A stretch of DNA of 51,395 nucleotides from Limisphaerales bacterium (GCA_044356825.1 JBIKVM010000001.1:1-51395), one strand, 5' to 3'. Numbered from the stretch's first letter, positions 33,224 to 41,549 are shown. The notes: generated from the letters alone by a model not told the origin. Numbers and translations: made by a program.

Positions 33224-34600
33224 ATGCCCACGCTCACAGTCCTTGCCCCCGACAGCTCTCTCGCGATGGACGAGATCGCGCGCCAGCTTGGCGACAACGC
33301 CTTCATCCTCTCGACCTCGAAACGCGACGGCATGATCGAGATCAAGGCCACCAACGACCCGATCCCCCCCGGCCCGCGCGAGACGAAGGCGCGATCGGCA
33401 TTCGCAGCGGCGCTGGCGGCGCACGGGGCGAATGAGGAGGTGATGGTCCTTCAGCGGCCGCGCGAGGCACATGAGGCGCAGGAGAACGCCGAAACGGCTG
33501 CTCCCACCGAGGCCAGACCCGAACCCGAGCGTCGCTCGGCCACCGTCGTTCGCATGCCCCAGCCGGCGACCGAGGCAGCCCGCGCCCCGCGCGCCCCAGC
33601 GTTCCGCCCCTCATTCCAGCCCGTCGCGCCGGCGGTGCCCCTGCCCGCGTCTGTCGAAGCCCTGACGGCGCACCGCAGCACGGCCGAGGTCCGCATCCCC
33701 GCCCCGCCGGCCCACGCGCCCGCCGAAGACGTGGTGGAGACTCTCTCGCGCCTGCACGGCGCGCTGTCGGCATTGCGCGAAAGCATCGCGCGCACCGATC
33801 TCGCAGTCACTGCAACGGCCGCTGCGCCGCAACCCGCGGCGCCGACCTCGCAGGCGCGCATCGTCGCCGCAGGCTTCGAGGCATCGCTCGTGTCCGAGAT
33901 CGTTGGGCAGACCGCGCGTACAGCAGAAGCCGCCGAGGCGGGCTTTGCCGAGGCACTGGCCGGGCGCATCATCGCCGCCGCGCCCGAGTCGATGCTTGCC
34001 CATGACGCAGTGCTGGTGCTCGGAGCGTCGGGATCGGGACGCTCGACCCTCGCGGCAAAGCTCGCGGCGGTCCTGCGCGACCTGCACCCGGACCGCCGCT
34101 GCCGCCTGGTCGAGATCTGCCCGCGCGGCATGACGGCGGGCGAATACCTGCGGGGATGTGCGCGGATGCTCAACAGCGCGCAGATGCTCGATATCGGGTT
34201 CGTTCTCTGGCACGAAGAGGATCTGGCCAGCCTGCCCCCGCTTGAGGCCGGCACCACCCACATCATCGACATGCCCTCGGATGGGGCGACATGCGCGCGC
34301 ATCCTCGCGGGCATGGGCGGGGCGGTTCCGGCCGACGCGCCGCGCCTGCTGGCACTTCCGGCCGGGGCCACGACCGGGATGATCGACCGCCAGATGGCGC
34401 GCCCGGAATGTGCCGGGGCGGTGGTCGCGCTGACCAAGCTTGACGAATGCGACGTGGCCGCACCCGAGCTTTCGACCCTCGCGCGGCATGACCTGCGGAT
34501 CGGCTGGCTGTCGGGGACGCGGGCACTGGTGGGCAATCTCTCGCCGGCGACGGCGCAGGTCATGCGCGACTACATCGCGGGCTATATCGAGCAGGCCTGA
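33224..34600 (+). CDS. flhF: FlhF-like SRP-type GTPase homologue with degenerate G motifs, 458 aa
   Basis: FlhF-type N-terminus (MDEIARQLGDNAFILSTSKRDGMIEIKA). G1 is GASGSGRST rather than GxxGxGKT. G3 is DMPS rather than DTAG. G4 TKLDE is intact. Confidence 0.75.
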   Translation: MPTLTVLAPDSSLAMDEIARQLGDNAFILSTSKRDGMIEIKATNDPIPPGPRETKARSAFAAALAAHGANEEVMVLQRPREAHEAQENAETAAPTEARPEPERRSATVVRMPQPATEAARAPRAPAFRPSFQPVAPAVPLPASVEALTAHRSTAEVRIPAPPAHAPAEDVVETLSRLHGALSALRESIARTDLAVTATAAAPQPAAPTSQARIVAAGFEASLVSEIVGQTARTAEAAEAGFAEALAGRIIAAAPESMLAHDAVLVLGASGSGRSTLAAKLAAVLRDLHPDRRCRLVEICPRGMTAGEYLRGCARMLNSAQMLDIGFVLWHEEDLASLPPLEAGTTHIIDMPSDGATCARILAGMGGAVPADAPRLLALPAGATTGMIDRQMARPECAGAVVALTKLDECDVAAPELSTLARHDLRIGWLSGTRALVGNLSPATAQVMRDYIAGYIEQA

Positions 34601-34628
34601 AGGGCCGCAAAGCGGAAAGGCAAGGGGG

Positions 34629-36344
34629 ATGCCCCAGTCGATCACCATAGCCAGCGGCAAGGGCGGCGTCGGCAAGACCTGCATCGCGGTCAACCTCGCG
34701 CTCACGCTCGCGGCGATGGGGCTGCGGGTGAAGTTGCTCGATGCCGATTTCGGGCTGGCCAATTCGCATGTGCTCATGGGGATCAACAGCACGAAGTCGA
34801 TCCGCGACGTCATCACCGGAGAGCGCTCGCTGGTCGAAATCGCCGAGCGGGTCGCGCCGCGGCTCGACTTGCTCGCGGGCGGCAGCGCGCTGTCGGAGTT
34901 GCTCAATGTCGATCCGACGGTCCGCTATCGGCTGATCCGCAACTTCGACGCGATGGCCGACGATACCGACGTGCTGCTCATCGATGCGCCGGCGGGAGCG
35001 TCGGACAATGCGCTGTCCTTCGTCGTCGCGGCGGACCGGGTCGTGGTCGTGATTGTGCCTGAACCGACAAGCTTCATGGACGCCTATGCCCTGATCAAGA
35101 CCGCAAACCTCGATCATGGGCTCGAGCGGTTCTCGATCGTCGTCAACATGGCCGCCAACGAGACCGAGGCGGCGCGCCATTTCGAGAAGTTCCGCGCGAT
35201 CGCGATGCGCTTTCTGGCGGTCGAATTGACCCATGTCGGGCATGTGCCGCTCTCGAACGCGCTCAGCCGGTCGGTTGTGGCCCTGAAGCCCATCATGCAG
35301 GGCGGCGGCAATCCGGCATCGCCCGAGGGGGCGGCGTTCCGCAAGCTTGCCAACGGCATCCTGCACGCGCCCGTGAACCCGCCCCGCGGCATCCGTTTCT
35401 TCGAAGGAACCGACGGCGCACCCGCTTTGCCGCGGCTCGTACCGGAGCCTGCGCAGGCGGCCGCACCCCAAGTGGCGGCGGCTGCCGATCCGGCGCCCGA
35501 AGTGCCGGGAGCCGCGCAGGGCGACACCGTGACGGGCATCCTCGTGCGGCTCCATGATGCGCTTGCCGGGTTGCGCCAGTCGATGGCAACCGAACCTGCG
35601 GCAGCTGCGGCCGCGCTTGAAACCAATCGGATCCTTGCCTCGGGCTTCGACCCCGACCTTGCGCGGACCCTCGCGCGGGTCGATGCCGGGGCGGCTCCGG
35701 CCCCCGCATTCGCACGCGCGCTTGCCACCCAACTTGCGCACGAGGCCCCCCTCGATCTGCTCGGCGCACCCGCAGTCATGGTGCTTGGGCCGTCGGGTGC
35801 CGGGCGGACGACGGTTGCGGCCAAGCTCGCGGCCTTCATGTCGGCGGCGATGCCGGGCCGGCGGGCGGCGCTCGTGAACGTGGTGGCGCGTGACGGCGGC
35901 GATGACGGCCGGCTGCGGATGCTCGCCACGCGTATTGGCGCGGCGGCGGATTTCACGGTCTGGACCGAGGACGATTCCGAGACTCTGCCGCTCGGTTCCG
36001 ACATCACCCATATCCTCGACATGCCGCCCGGCCCGAAGGACTGCGTGCGACTTGCCGGGCGCTTCGCGGCCGCGTTCGGTCCGGCGGCGGTGCTGCCGCT
36101 GCTGGTGCTGCCGGGCGGGTCGAGTGCCTCGCTCGTTTCGCGCCAGCTTGCCCGGATCGATCCCTCGCGTGGCGCAGTCATTCTCTCGAAACTCGACGAG
36201 TGTCCGGCCGATCCGGGCGAACTTCTGGCGCTCGCGCAGGCGGGGGCGCGGGTCGGGTGGCTGTCGCAGGGGCGGGCGGCTGGGCTTGGCATCGTGCCCG
36301 TGACGCCCGCCCTCATGCACGATCACATTGCAGGTGCATCATGA
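34629..36344 (+). CDS. flhG: FlhG/FleN MinD-type ATPase fused in frame to a second FlhF-like NG domain, 571 aa
   Basis: ATG 34629 with AAGGGGG upstream. Residues 1-260 are FleN-like: deviant Walker A SGKGGVGKT, LLDADFGLAN, EPTSFMDAYALIK. A Pro/Ala linker follows. Residues about 300-571 are paralogous to the C-terminal part of the preceding FlhF: VLGPSGAGRTT, HILDMPPGP, SKLDEC. Confidence 0.8.
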   Translation: MPQSITIASGKGGVGKTCIAVNLALTLAAMGLRVKLLDADFGLANSHVLMGINSTKSIRDVITGERSLVEIAERVAPRLDLLAGGSALSELLNVDPTVRYRLIRNFDAMADDTDVLLIDAPAGASDNALSFVVAADRVVVVIVPEPTSFMDAYALIKTANLDHGLERFSIVVNMAANETEAARHFEKFRAIAMRFLAVELTHVGHVPLSNALSRSVVALKPIMQGGGNPASPEGAAFRKLANGILHAPVNPPRGIRFFEGTDGAPALPRLVPEPAQAAAPQVAAAADPAPEVPGAAQGDTVTGILVRLHDALAGLRQSMATEPAAAAAALETNRILASGFDPDLARTLARVDAGAAPAPAFARALATQLAHEAPLDLLGAPAVMVLGPSGAGRTTVAAKLAAFMSAAMPGRRAALVNVVARDGGDDGRLRMLATRIGAAADFTVWTEDDSETLPLGSDITHILDMPPGPKDCVRLAGRFAAAFGPAAVLPLLVLPGGSSASLVSRQLARIDPSRGAVILSKLDECPADPGELLALAQAGARVGWLSQGRAAGLGIVPVTPALMHDHIAGAS

Positions 36345-37084
36345 TGATACGGCGCGGCTACCTCGAACAGAGCCTGCGGCCCGAGGATCTGGTCGCGACG
36401 CATCTTGAGATGGTGCGCCGGATCGCGCATCAGTTGCATGGCCGCGTCCGCGGAGCGGTCGAAGTCGAGGATCTGATCCAGGTGGGCTACATCGGCCTTG
36501 TGGACGCGAGCCGAAAATACGAAAAGCGCGAGGGCGTCAGCTTCGAAGCCTACGCGCTCATCCGCATCCGGGGCGCGATCCTCGACTTCCTGCGGCGCAA
36601 CTCGAACCTCTGCCGCACCACGATCCTGATGCGTCAGAAGATCGCAGCCGCGACCCTCGCGCTCGAGCGCAAGTTGCAGCGGTCGGCCACCGCGGCCGAG
36701 ATCGCCGAAGCGGCTGGCGTTTCGACGGTCGAACTCGATCAGTGGCAGCAGGCCTTTCAGGCCAACGTGCACCATTCGCTCGACGAAGCGTATGACGAAT
36801 TCTCGATCTGGTTCGCAGAAAGCTCAGACAACCCCGAAGAGGCGCTCTCTCAGTCCGAACTGCGCGGGGCGCTGCGCCGGGCCCTGACCACCCTGCCCGA
36901 GCGCGAGGCGCTGGTGCTGCAACTGTACTACGTCGAGGAACTGAACGTCTACGAGATCGCGGAGGTGCTCGAGGTCACGACCGGGCGCGTCTCTCAGATC
37001 AAGAAGGCCGCGATCGGCCGGATCAGGGCAACGCTTGCGACCATGCTGGGCGAGCCCTCGCTGGCCGGGGCCGGACCCGCATGA
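36341..37084 (+). CDS. fliA: Flagellar sigma factor sigma28 (FliA), 247 aa
   Basis: ATGA overlap with the upstream stop. Region 2 (DLIQVGYIGLVDASRKYE), region 3, and region 4 HTH (LNVYEIAEVLEVTTGRVSQIKKAAIGRIR). Confidence 0.9.
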   Translation: MMIRRGYLEQSLRPEDLVATHLEMVRRIAHQLHGRVRGAVEVEDLIQVGYIGLVDASRKYEKREGVSFEAYALIRIRGAILDFLRRNSNLCRTTILMRQKIAAATLALERKLQRSATAAEIAEAAGVSTVELDQWQQAFQANVHHSLDEAYDEFSIWFAESSDNPEEALSQSELRGALRRALTTLPEREALVLQLYYVEELNVYEIAEVLEVTTGRVSQIKKAAIGRIRATLATMLGEPSLAGAGPA

Positions 37085-37491
37085 GCGGTGGGTGGTTCCA
37101 GTCAAGCACGTTGCAGATGTTCCTGCAAAGCGCCGAGTTGCGCCTCATCGGCATCGAGTTGCGGCCCGAACTCGATCTCTCGTGCGGGCTCGCGAGCATC
37201 GCGCGAGGGACCTGCACGCTGCGGTTGCGCCCGGCCGATGTCGTGCGCCCGGGCGTGATGGGACAGATCGAGGTTCTGGCCGACCGCCCGATCATGCGCG
37301 GCGAGATCGTCGTGCCGCGCGCGAGCTTCCAGACGCTCGCGCAACATCTCGAGCGCGAGCCGCCACGCCCCGTCGCGGTCATCGTCGCGTTTGCCGAAAG
37401 CCTCGATGTGAACCTTCAGGGCGATCTGAAGATCAGCGAGAACCGCACCCTGTCGGTCACGAACATCTCGTTCAACGTCCCGCTTCAATAG
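37081..37491 (+). CDS. Hypothetical protein, 136 aa, translationally coupled to fliA
   Basis: ATGA overlap with the fliA stop. High GC3. No recognisable motif. Confidence 0.55.
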   Translation: MSGGWFQSSTLQMFLQSAELRLIGIELRPELDLSCGLASIARGTCTLRLRPADVVRPGVMGQIEVLADRPIMRGEIVVPRASFQTLAQHLEREPPRPVAVIVAFAESLDVNLQGDLKISENRTLSVTNISFNVPLQ

Positions 37492-37496
37492 TCCTG

Positions 37497-38996
37497 TCAG
37501 ACCTGACCGGCCATCACCGCCTTGCGCCTGCGCTCGAACGACGAGGGGATGTTGAGCATCTCGCGGTACTTCGCCGCCGTCCGCCGCGCGAGGTTCACCC
37601 CCTCGGCCTTCATCATCCGCACGATGGCGTCATCGCTGTAGGGGGCATCGGCGGGTTCGCCCTCGATCAGTTTGCGGATGCGGAACTTGACCGCCGAGGC
37701 GGCATCGGCCCCCTCGCCCGAGGTCGAGGACGGCAGTCCCACGCTGAAGAAGGTCTTGAGGCGGAAGGTCCCGAGCGGGGTCGCCATCATCAGGCCCGAG
37801 GTCACGCGGCTGACGGTGCTTTCGTGTACGCCGACGGCTTCGGCGACGTCGCGCAGCACGAGCGGGCGCAGATAGCCGAGGCCCTTTTCGAGGAATGCCT
37901 CCTGCTGGCGCACGATCTCAGCGCCGATGCGCAGGGTGGTGGCGTTGCGCTGCGCGATGGCGCGGCGCAGCCAGTTGGCATCCGCGACACGCTCGCGCGC
38001 AAAGCCGCGCGCGGCATCGGCTGCAGGGTTGGCGGCCTTGCCCGCAAGCACCGACTGGGCGAAGCCGCGGTTGACCTGCACCGACGGCAGGGTTGAGCGG
38101 TTGAGGTCCACGATCCAGCCATCCGGGCCGCGCCGCACGATCAGGTCGGGCGGCGTGATCGGATCGGCGACCTGCTCGAACTGCATCCCGGGTTTGGGGT
38201 CGAGGGTGCGCAGCGCGCGCAGCATCTCGCGCAGGGAATCGGCATCGACGCCGCAGGTGCGCGCGAGCGATTTCATGTTGCCCGAAGCGAGCAGCGGCAG
38301 GTTCTCGAGCAGCGCGGCGAAGGCGGGCGTCAGCATCCCCCGTTCAGCCGCCTGAAGGCGCAGGCATTCGGAAAGGCTGCGCGCGAAAATCCCGGCGGGC
38401 TCGATGCCCTGCAGCCGCTTCAGCACCGCCTCGACCTCGGCACCCGGCACGCCGAGCGCCATCGCGACCTCATCGACGGTCGGGCCGAGCCAGCCCGTGG
38501 GCTCCAGCCCGTCGGCCAGTGCAAGCGCGATGATGCGCTGTGCGGGGTGGGCGAAGATGAGGTCGATCTGCGTCGCGACATGATCGTAAAGCGAGCGTTC
38601 GCCCTGCGCCACGCTGCCCGAGATCGCGTCGAAATCGTCCCCCTCGTCGTCGCGCCGGCGCCCGCCGGTGCCGAGGTCGATCCGGTCGGTCTCGAAGGTG
38701 TTGGCATAGCCCTCGGCGCAGATCGGGCCGTCATCGGGGATCGCGGCCGCGCCGATCGGCGCGTCGATCGCCTCGGGGGCGGCCTCGGCCGTGGCCTGCG
38801 GCGCCTCGGGCGCAAGGATCGGCGCGTCGCGTTCGCCCTCGGCCACCTCGATGAAGGGGTTCTCCTCGGCCTGCTGGTCGAGGAAGGCGCGCAACTCGAG
38901 GTTCGACATCTGCAGAAGCCGGATCGCCTGCTGCAACTGCGTCGTGATGACGAGCGACTGCTTTTGCCGCAACTGCTGGGACGTGAAGATCTGCAT
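37497..38996 (-). CDS. rpoN: RNA polymerase sigma-54 factor, 499 aa
   Basis: Internal ATG 38996 with GGAGGT upstream. Region I (LRQKQSLVITTQLQQAIRLLQMSNLEL). C-terminal HTH and RpoN box (ARRTAAKYRE). Confidence 0.93.
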   Translation of the reverse strand: MQIFTSQQLRQKQSLVITTQLQQAIRLLQMSNLELRAFLDQQAEENPFIEVAEGERDAPILAPEAPQATAEAAPEAIDAPIGAAAIPDDGPICAEGYANTFETDRIDLGTGGRRRDDEGDDFDAISGSVAQGERSLYDHVATQIDLIFAHPAQRIIALALADGLEPTGWLGPTVDEVAMALGVPGAEVEAVLKRLQGIEPAGIFARSLSECLRLQAAERGMLTPAFAALLENLPLLASGNMKSLARTCGVDADSLREMLRALRTLDPKPGMQFEQVADPITPPDLIVRRGPDGWIVDLNRSTLPSVQVNRGFAQSVLAGKAANPAADAARGFARERVADANWLRRAIAQRNATTLRIGAEIVRQQEAFLEKGLGYLRPLVLRDVAEAVGVHESTVSRVTSGLMMATPLGTFRLKTFFSVGLPSSTSGEGADAASAVKFRIRKLIEGEPADAPYSDDAIVRMMKAEGVNLARRTAAKYREMLNIPSSFERRRKAVMAGQV

Positions 38997-39068
38997 GGGC
39001 CTACCTCCGGTTGCAGGCAGGATCGGCAATCGGCCCGGTTTTTGCAAACAATCAATTTGACAGGGCAA

Positions 39069-39084
39069 TGTCGGAATTCCGACA
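39069..39084. promoter_or_regulatory. Perfect 16-bp palindrome TGTCGGAATTCCGACA
   Basis: Lies in the fleQ-rpoN intergenic region, centred 80 bp upstream of the rpoN ATG. It is the best copy of the motif recurring in flagellar control regions. Confidence 0.5.
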
Positions 39085-39152
39085 ATTTAGCCTCATGTAA
39101 TCATTGAATTTTTTTTGGCACTGCCTGCAGTGGCGGGAATTTGACCCCGACT

Positions 39153-40262
39153 CTAGATGTCCTCGGTCGCCGCCATGGCGGGGCGCTCGATCATCAGCTT
39201 CTTCATCTTCTCGATCAGGGTCGTGCGCCGCAGCTTCAGCACTGCCGCCGCCCGGCTGACGAAACCGTTGTGCTTTTCGAGCGCGGCCTCGATCAGCACC
39301 ACTTCGATGTCGCGCACATGCCGGCGCAGGTCGATCTCGTCGTGGTGGTCGAACCAGCCGCGATAGGCGGTGACCTGCGCATCCTCGCTCGGGGCTCCGA
39401 GGTTGCGGCCCACCCCGCCGAGGTTCGTGAACTCCGACCAGACCTCGGCCTGCTCGGCGGCCTGCCGCGCCGCATCGGGCACCCGCAGCAGGAGGAGGTT
39501 CTCGCGCACGTTCTGCCCCGAGACAGGGCGGCCGGGAAAGAGGATGAAGGCGCGATCGACGACGTTGCGCAACTCGCGCACGTTGCCGGGCCAGGCGCAG
39601 GTCGCCAGCGTCTGCATCGCCGAGGCGTCGAACTCGGGCGCGACCGCGGCGGGATCCATGCGGCAGCGGTCGGCGATCATCGCGGCGACGATCTCGGGAA
39701 TGTCCGAGGCGCGCTCGGCCAGGCTCGGCACCTCGATCGGAAAGACGTTCAGTCGGTAATAGAGATCGGCACGGAACTCGCCCGAGGCGACCTTGGCATC
39801 GAGATTGCGGTGCGTCGCGCAGACGAGCCGGAGATCGAGCGCGATATCCTCGCGCCCGCCGATGCGCTGCAGCGCGCGCGTCTCGAGCACGCGCAGGAGC
39901 TTCGATTGCAGCGCCAGCGGCATGTCCCCGATCTCGTCGAGAAAGAGCGTCCCGCCCTGTGCCTGTTCGAAGCGGCCCTGCCGCTGACGGTCGGCGCCGG
40001 TAAAAGCGCCCTTTTCGTAGCCGAAGAGCTCGGACTCGAGCAACTCTGACGGGATCGCGGCACAATTGAGCGCGACGAGGCGCCCGCGCCGGCCGCTTTC
40101 GGCATGGATCGCCTGCGCCACGAGTTCCTTGCCCGCACCGGTCGGACCGAGCACGAGGACCGTACCGATCGACGGGGCGACGGTTGAAATGAGTTGACGC
40201 ACGCGCTCGATGGCGGGCGAGGAGCCGATGATCGGCGTCCGGCCTGTTCCTGCGTCGGTCAT
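39153..40262 (-). CDS. fleQ: sigma54 enhancer-binding protein FleQ-like (AAA+ plus Fis-type HTH, no N-terminal domain), 369 aa
   Basis: ATG 40262. The AAA+ core starts about 10 residues in (IIGSSPAIERV, GPTGAGKE, YEKGAFTGA, VRELRN). C-terminal HTH: FVSRAAAVLKLRRTTLIEKMKKL. Confidence 0.85.
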   Translation of the reverse strand: MTDAGTGRTPIIGSSPAIERVRQLISTVAPSIGTVLVLGPTGAGKELVAQAIHAESGRRGRLVALNCAAIPSELLESELFGYEKGAFTGADRQRQGRFEQAQGGTLFLDEIGDMPLALQSKLLRVLETRALQRIGGREDIALDLRLVCATHRNLDAKVASGEFRADLYYRLNVFPIEVPSLAERASDIPEIVAAMIADRCRMDPAAVAPEFDASAMQTLATCAWPGNVRELRNVVDRAFILFPGRPVSGQNVRENLLLLRVPDAARQAAEQAEVWSEFTNLGGVGRNLGAPSEDAQVTAYRGWFDHHDEIDLRRHVRDIEVVLIEAALEKHNGFVSRAAAVLKLRRTTLIEKMKKLMIERPAMAATEDI

Positions 40263-40332
40263 GCGTTCCGCCCTGGCACCCTGTCGCTACTGCTCTGGTA
40301 TCAACATGATTTCCCCGAGAGCAACGGGATTT

Positions 40333-40348
40333 CGTCGGTTTTCCGGCA
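40333..40348. promoter_or_regulatory. Palindromic box cGTCGGTTTTCCGGCa (12/16)
   Basis: About 78 bp upstream of the fleQ ATG. Preceded by ATTTC, as is the box at 40406. Confidence 0.35.
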
Positions 40349-40405
40349 GAGTGGCAGAAAAGTCGCGCAAATCGGGGGGGATTTGGGCCATCCACACCGC
40401 AATTT

Positions 40406-40421
40406 CGTCGGAATTCAGTCT
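40406..40421. promoter_or_regulatory. Palindromic box cGTCGGAATTCAGTCt (12/16)
   Basis: About 151 bp upstream of the fleQ ATG. Shares the direct repeat ATTTCGTCGG with the box at 40333. Confidence 0.35.
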
Positions 40422-40538
40422 GTTTTCAATCTGAATGAGAGTTTAATTCCGGTCACTCCACTCTCCGTGCCAACAGCCCGCTTGCGGCCGGCCTGCCCGA
40501 CCGATAGAGGGTGGTGCCAAAGACCCGCTGAGGTCAGG

Positions 40539-41549
40539 ATGCGCGCCGCCCGCCTTGCCCATGCCCTCGAGTCCGGTCAACTCGTACTGCCCGCCGAGGG
40601 CGCAGTCGGCGTGTTCCGCCCCGATGGCGCGGACGATCTTTCTGCCCTTCCGGCCGGTCGCGTGCGTGTCTTCACCGGCAACGCTCTTGCGCACCGTGCC
40701 TTTTCGGCACAGGGCCTGCCCGTTGCGCGCGCGCCCGCTGCCCCCCTTGCCGCCGCAATCGTCTGCCTGCCGCGCGCACGCGATCACGGCCGTGCTCTTG
40801 TGGCCGAGGCCATCGCATCGGTGGGGCACGGGGGCCTTCTGGTCGTGGATGGTCAGAAGCAGGACGGGATCGAGACGATGCAGCGCGACCTCGGCCGCGC
40901 GGGAATCACGCCCGAGGCGGTCGTCGCCAAGGCGCATGGGCGGCTTCTGACCCTCCGCGCCCCGGCTTCGGCCCCCGATGGCTGGGCGGCCGATTGGCGC
41001 GAAGTCGAACCGGGCGTGTTCACGCGGCCCGGCGTCTTTTCGGCGGATGGTCCCGACCCGGGCTCGGCCCTGCTTGCGGCGAACCTGCCCGAGGGGCTTG
41101 CGGGCCGCGTCGCGGATCTGGGCGCAGGCTGGGGTTGGCTTGCGCTTCAGGCGCTGCGGCACCCCGCTATCACGCAGTTGGACCTGATCGAGGCCGAGGC
41201 CGACGCGCTCGACTGCGCGCGACGCAACATCGCCGATCCGCGCGCGCAGTTCGTATGGGCCGACGCGCTGCGGCATCGGCCGGATGCGCTCTTCGATGCC
41301 GTCCTGTGCAACCCGCCCTTCCACGCGGGCCGGCCGGCCGAACCTGCGCTCGGTCAGGCGTTCATCCGCGCGGCCGCGGCCATGCTGAAGCCGCGCGGCA
41401 CGCTCTGGCTGGTCGGCAACCGGCATCTGCCCTATGAGGAGACGCTGCGGTCATCCTTCGTGACCGTCGCAGAGGTCGGCTCGAGCCCGGGCTTCAGGGT
41501 CTGGTCCGCGCAAGGCAAGCGCACCAGCCGCACACACGGGATGGGGTGA
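40539..41549 (+). CDS. Class I SAM-dependent methyltransferase, RsmC/RsmD-like, 336 aa
   Basis: Internal ATG 40539. SAM-binding motif (VADLGAGWGWL) and NPPFH catalytic motif. Confidence 0.7.
   Translation: MRAARLAHALESGQLVLPAEGAVGVFRPDGADDLSALPAGRVRVFTGNALAHRAFSAQGLPVARAPAAPLAAAIVCLPRARDHGRALVAEAIASVGHGGLLVVDGQKQDGIETMQRDLGRAGITPEAVVAKAHGRLLTLRAPASAPDGWAADWREVEPGVFTRPGVFSADGPDPGSALLAANLPEGLAGRVADLGAGWGWLALQALRHPAITQLDLIEAEADALDCARRNIADPRAQFVWADALRHRPDALFDAVLCNPPFHAGRPAEPALGQAFIRAAAAMLKPRGTLWLVGNRHLPYEETLRSSFVTVAEVGSSPGFRVWSAQGKRTSRTHGMG

Noticed and set aside
39116-39129. TGGCACTGCCTGCA after a T8 run between fleQ and rpoN, resembling a sigma54 promoter
   Set aside because: Only 8 nt separate the GG and GC dinucleotides, where 10 are needed. 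It also points into the 3' end of fleQ in antisense.
40274-40288. TGGCACCCTGTCGCT just upstream of fleQ on the plus strand
   Set aside because: The GG-GC spacing is 9 nt, not 10, and the orientation is away from fleQ.
40352-40367. TGGCAGaaaagTCGCG, a plus-strand sigma54-like element with correct spacing between the two fleQ-upstream boxes
   Set aside because: The -12 element is TCGC rather than TTGC. It points toward a housekeeping-type methyltransferase gene 170 nt away, and there is no supporting context. Kept only as a remote possibility.
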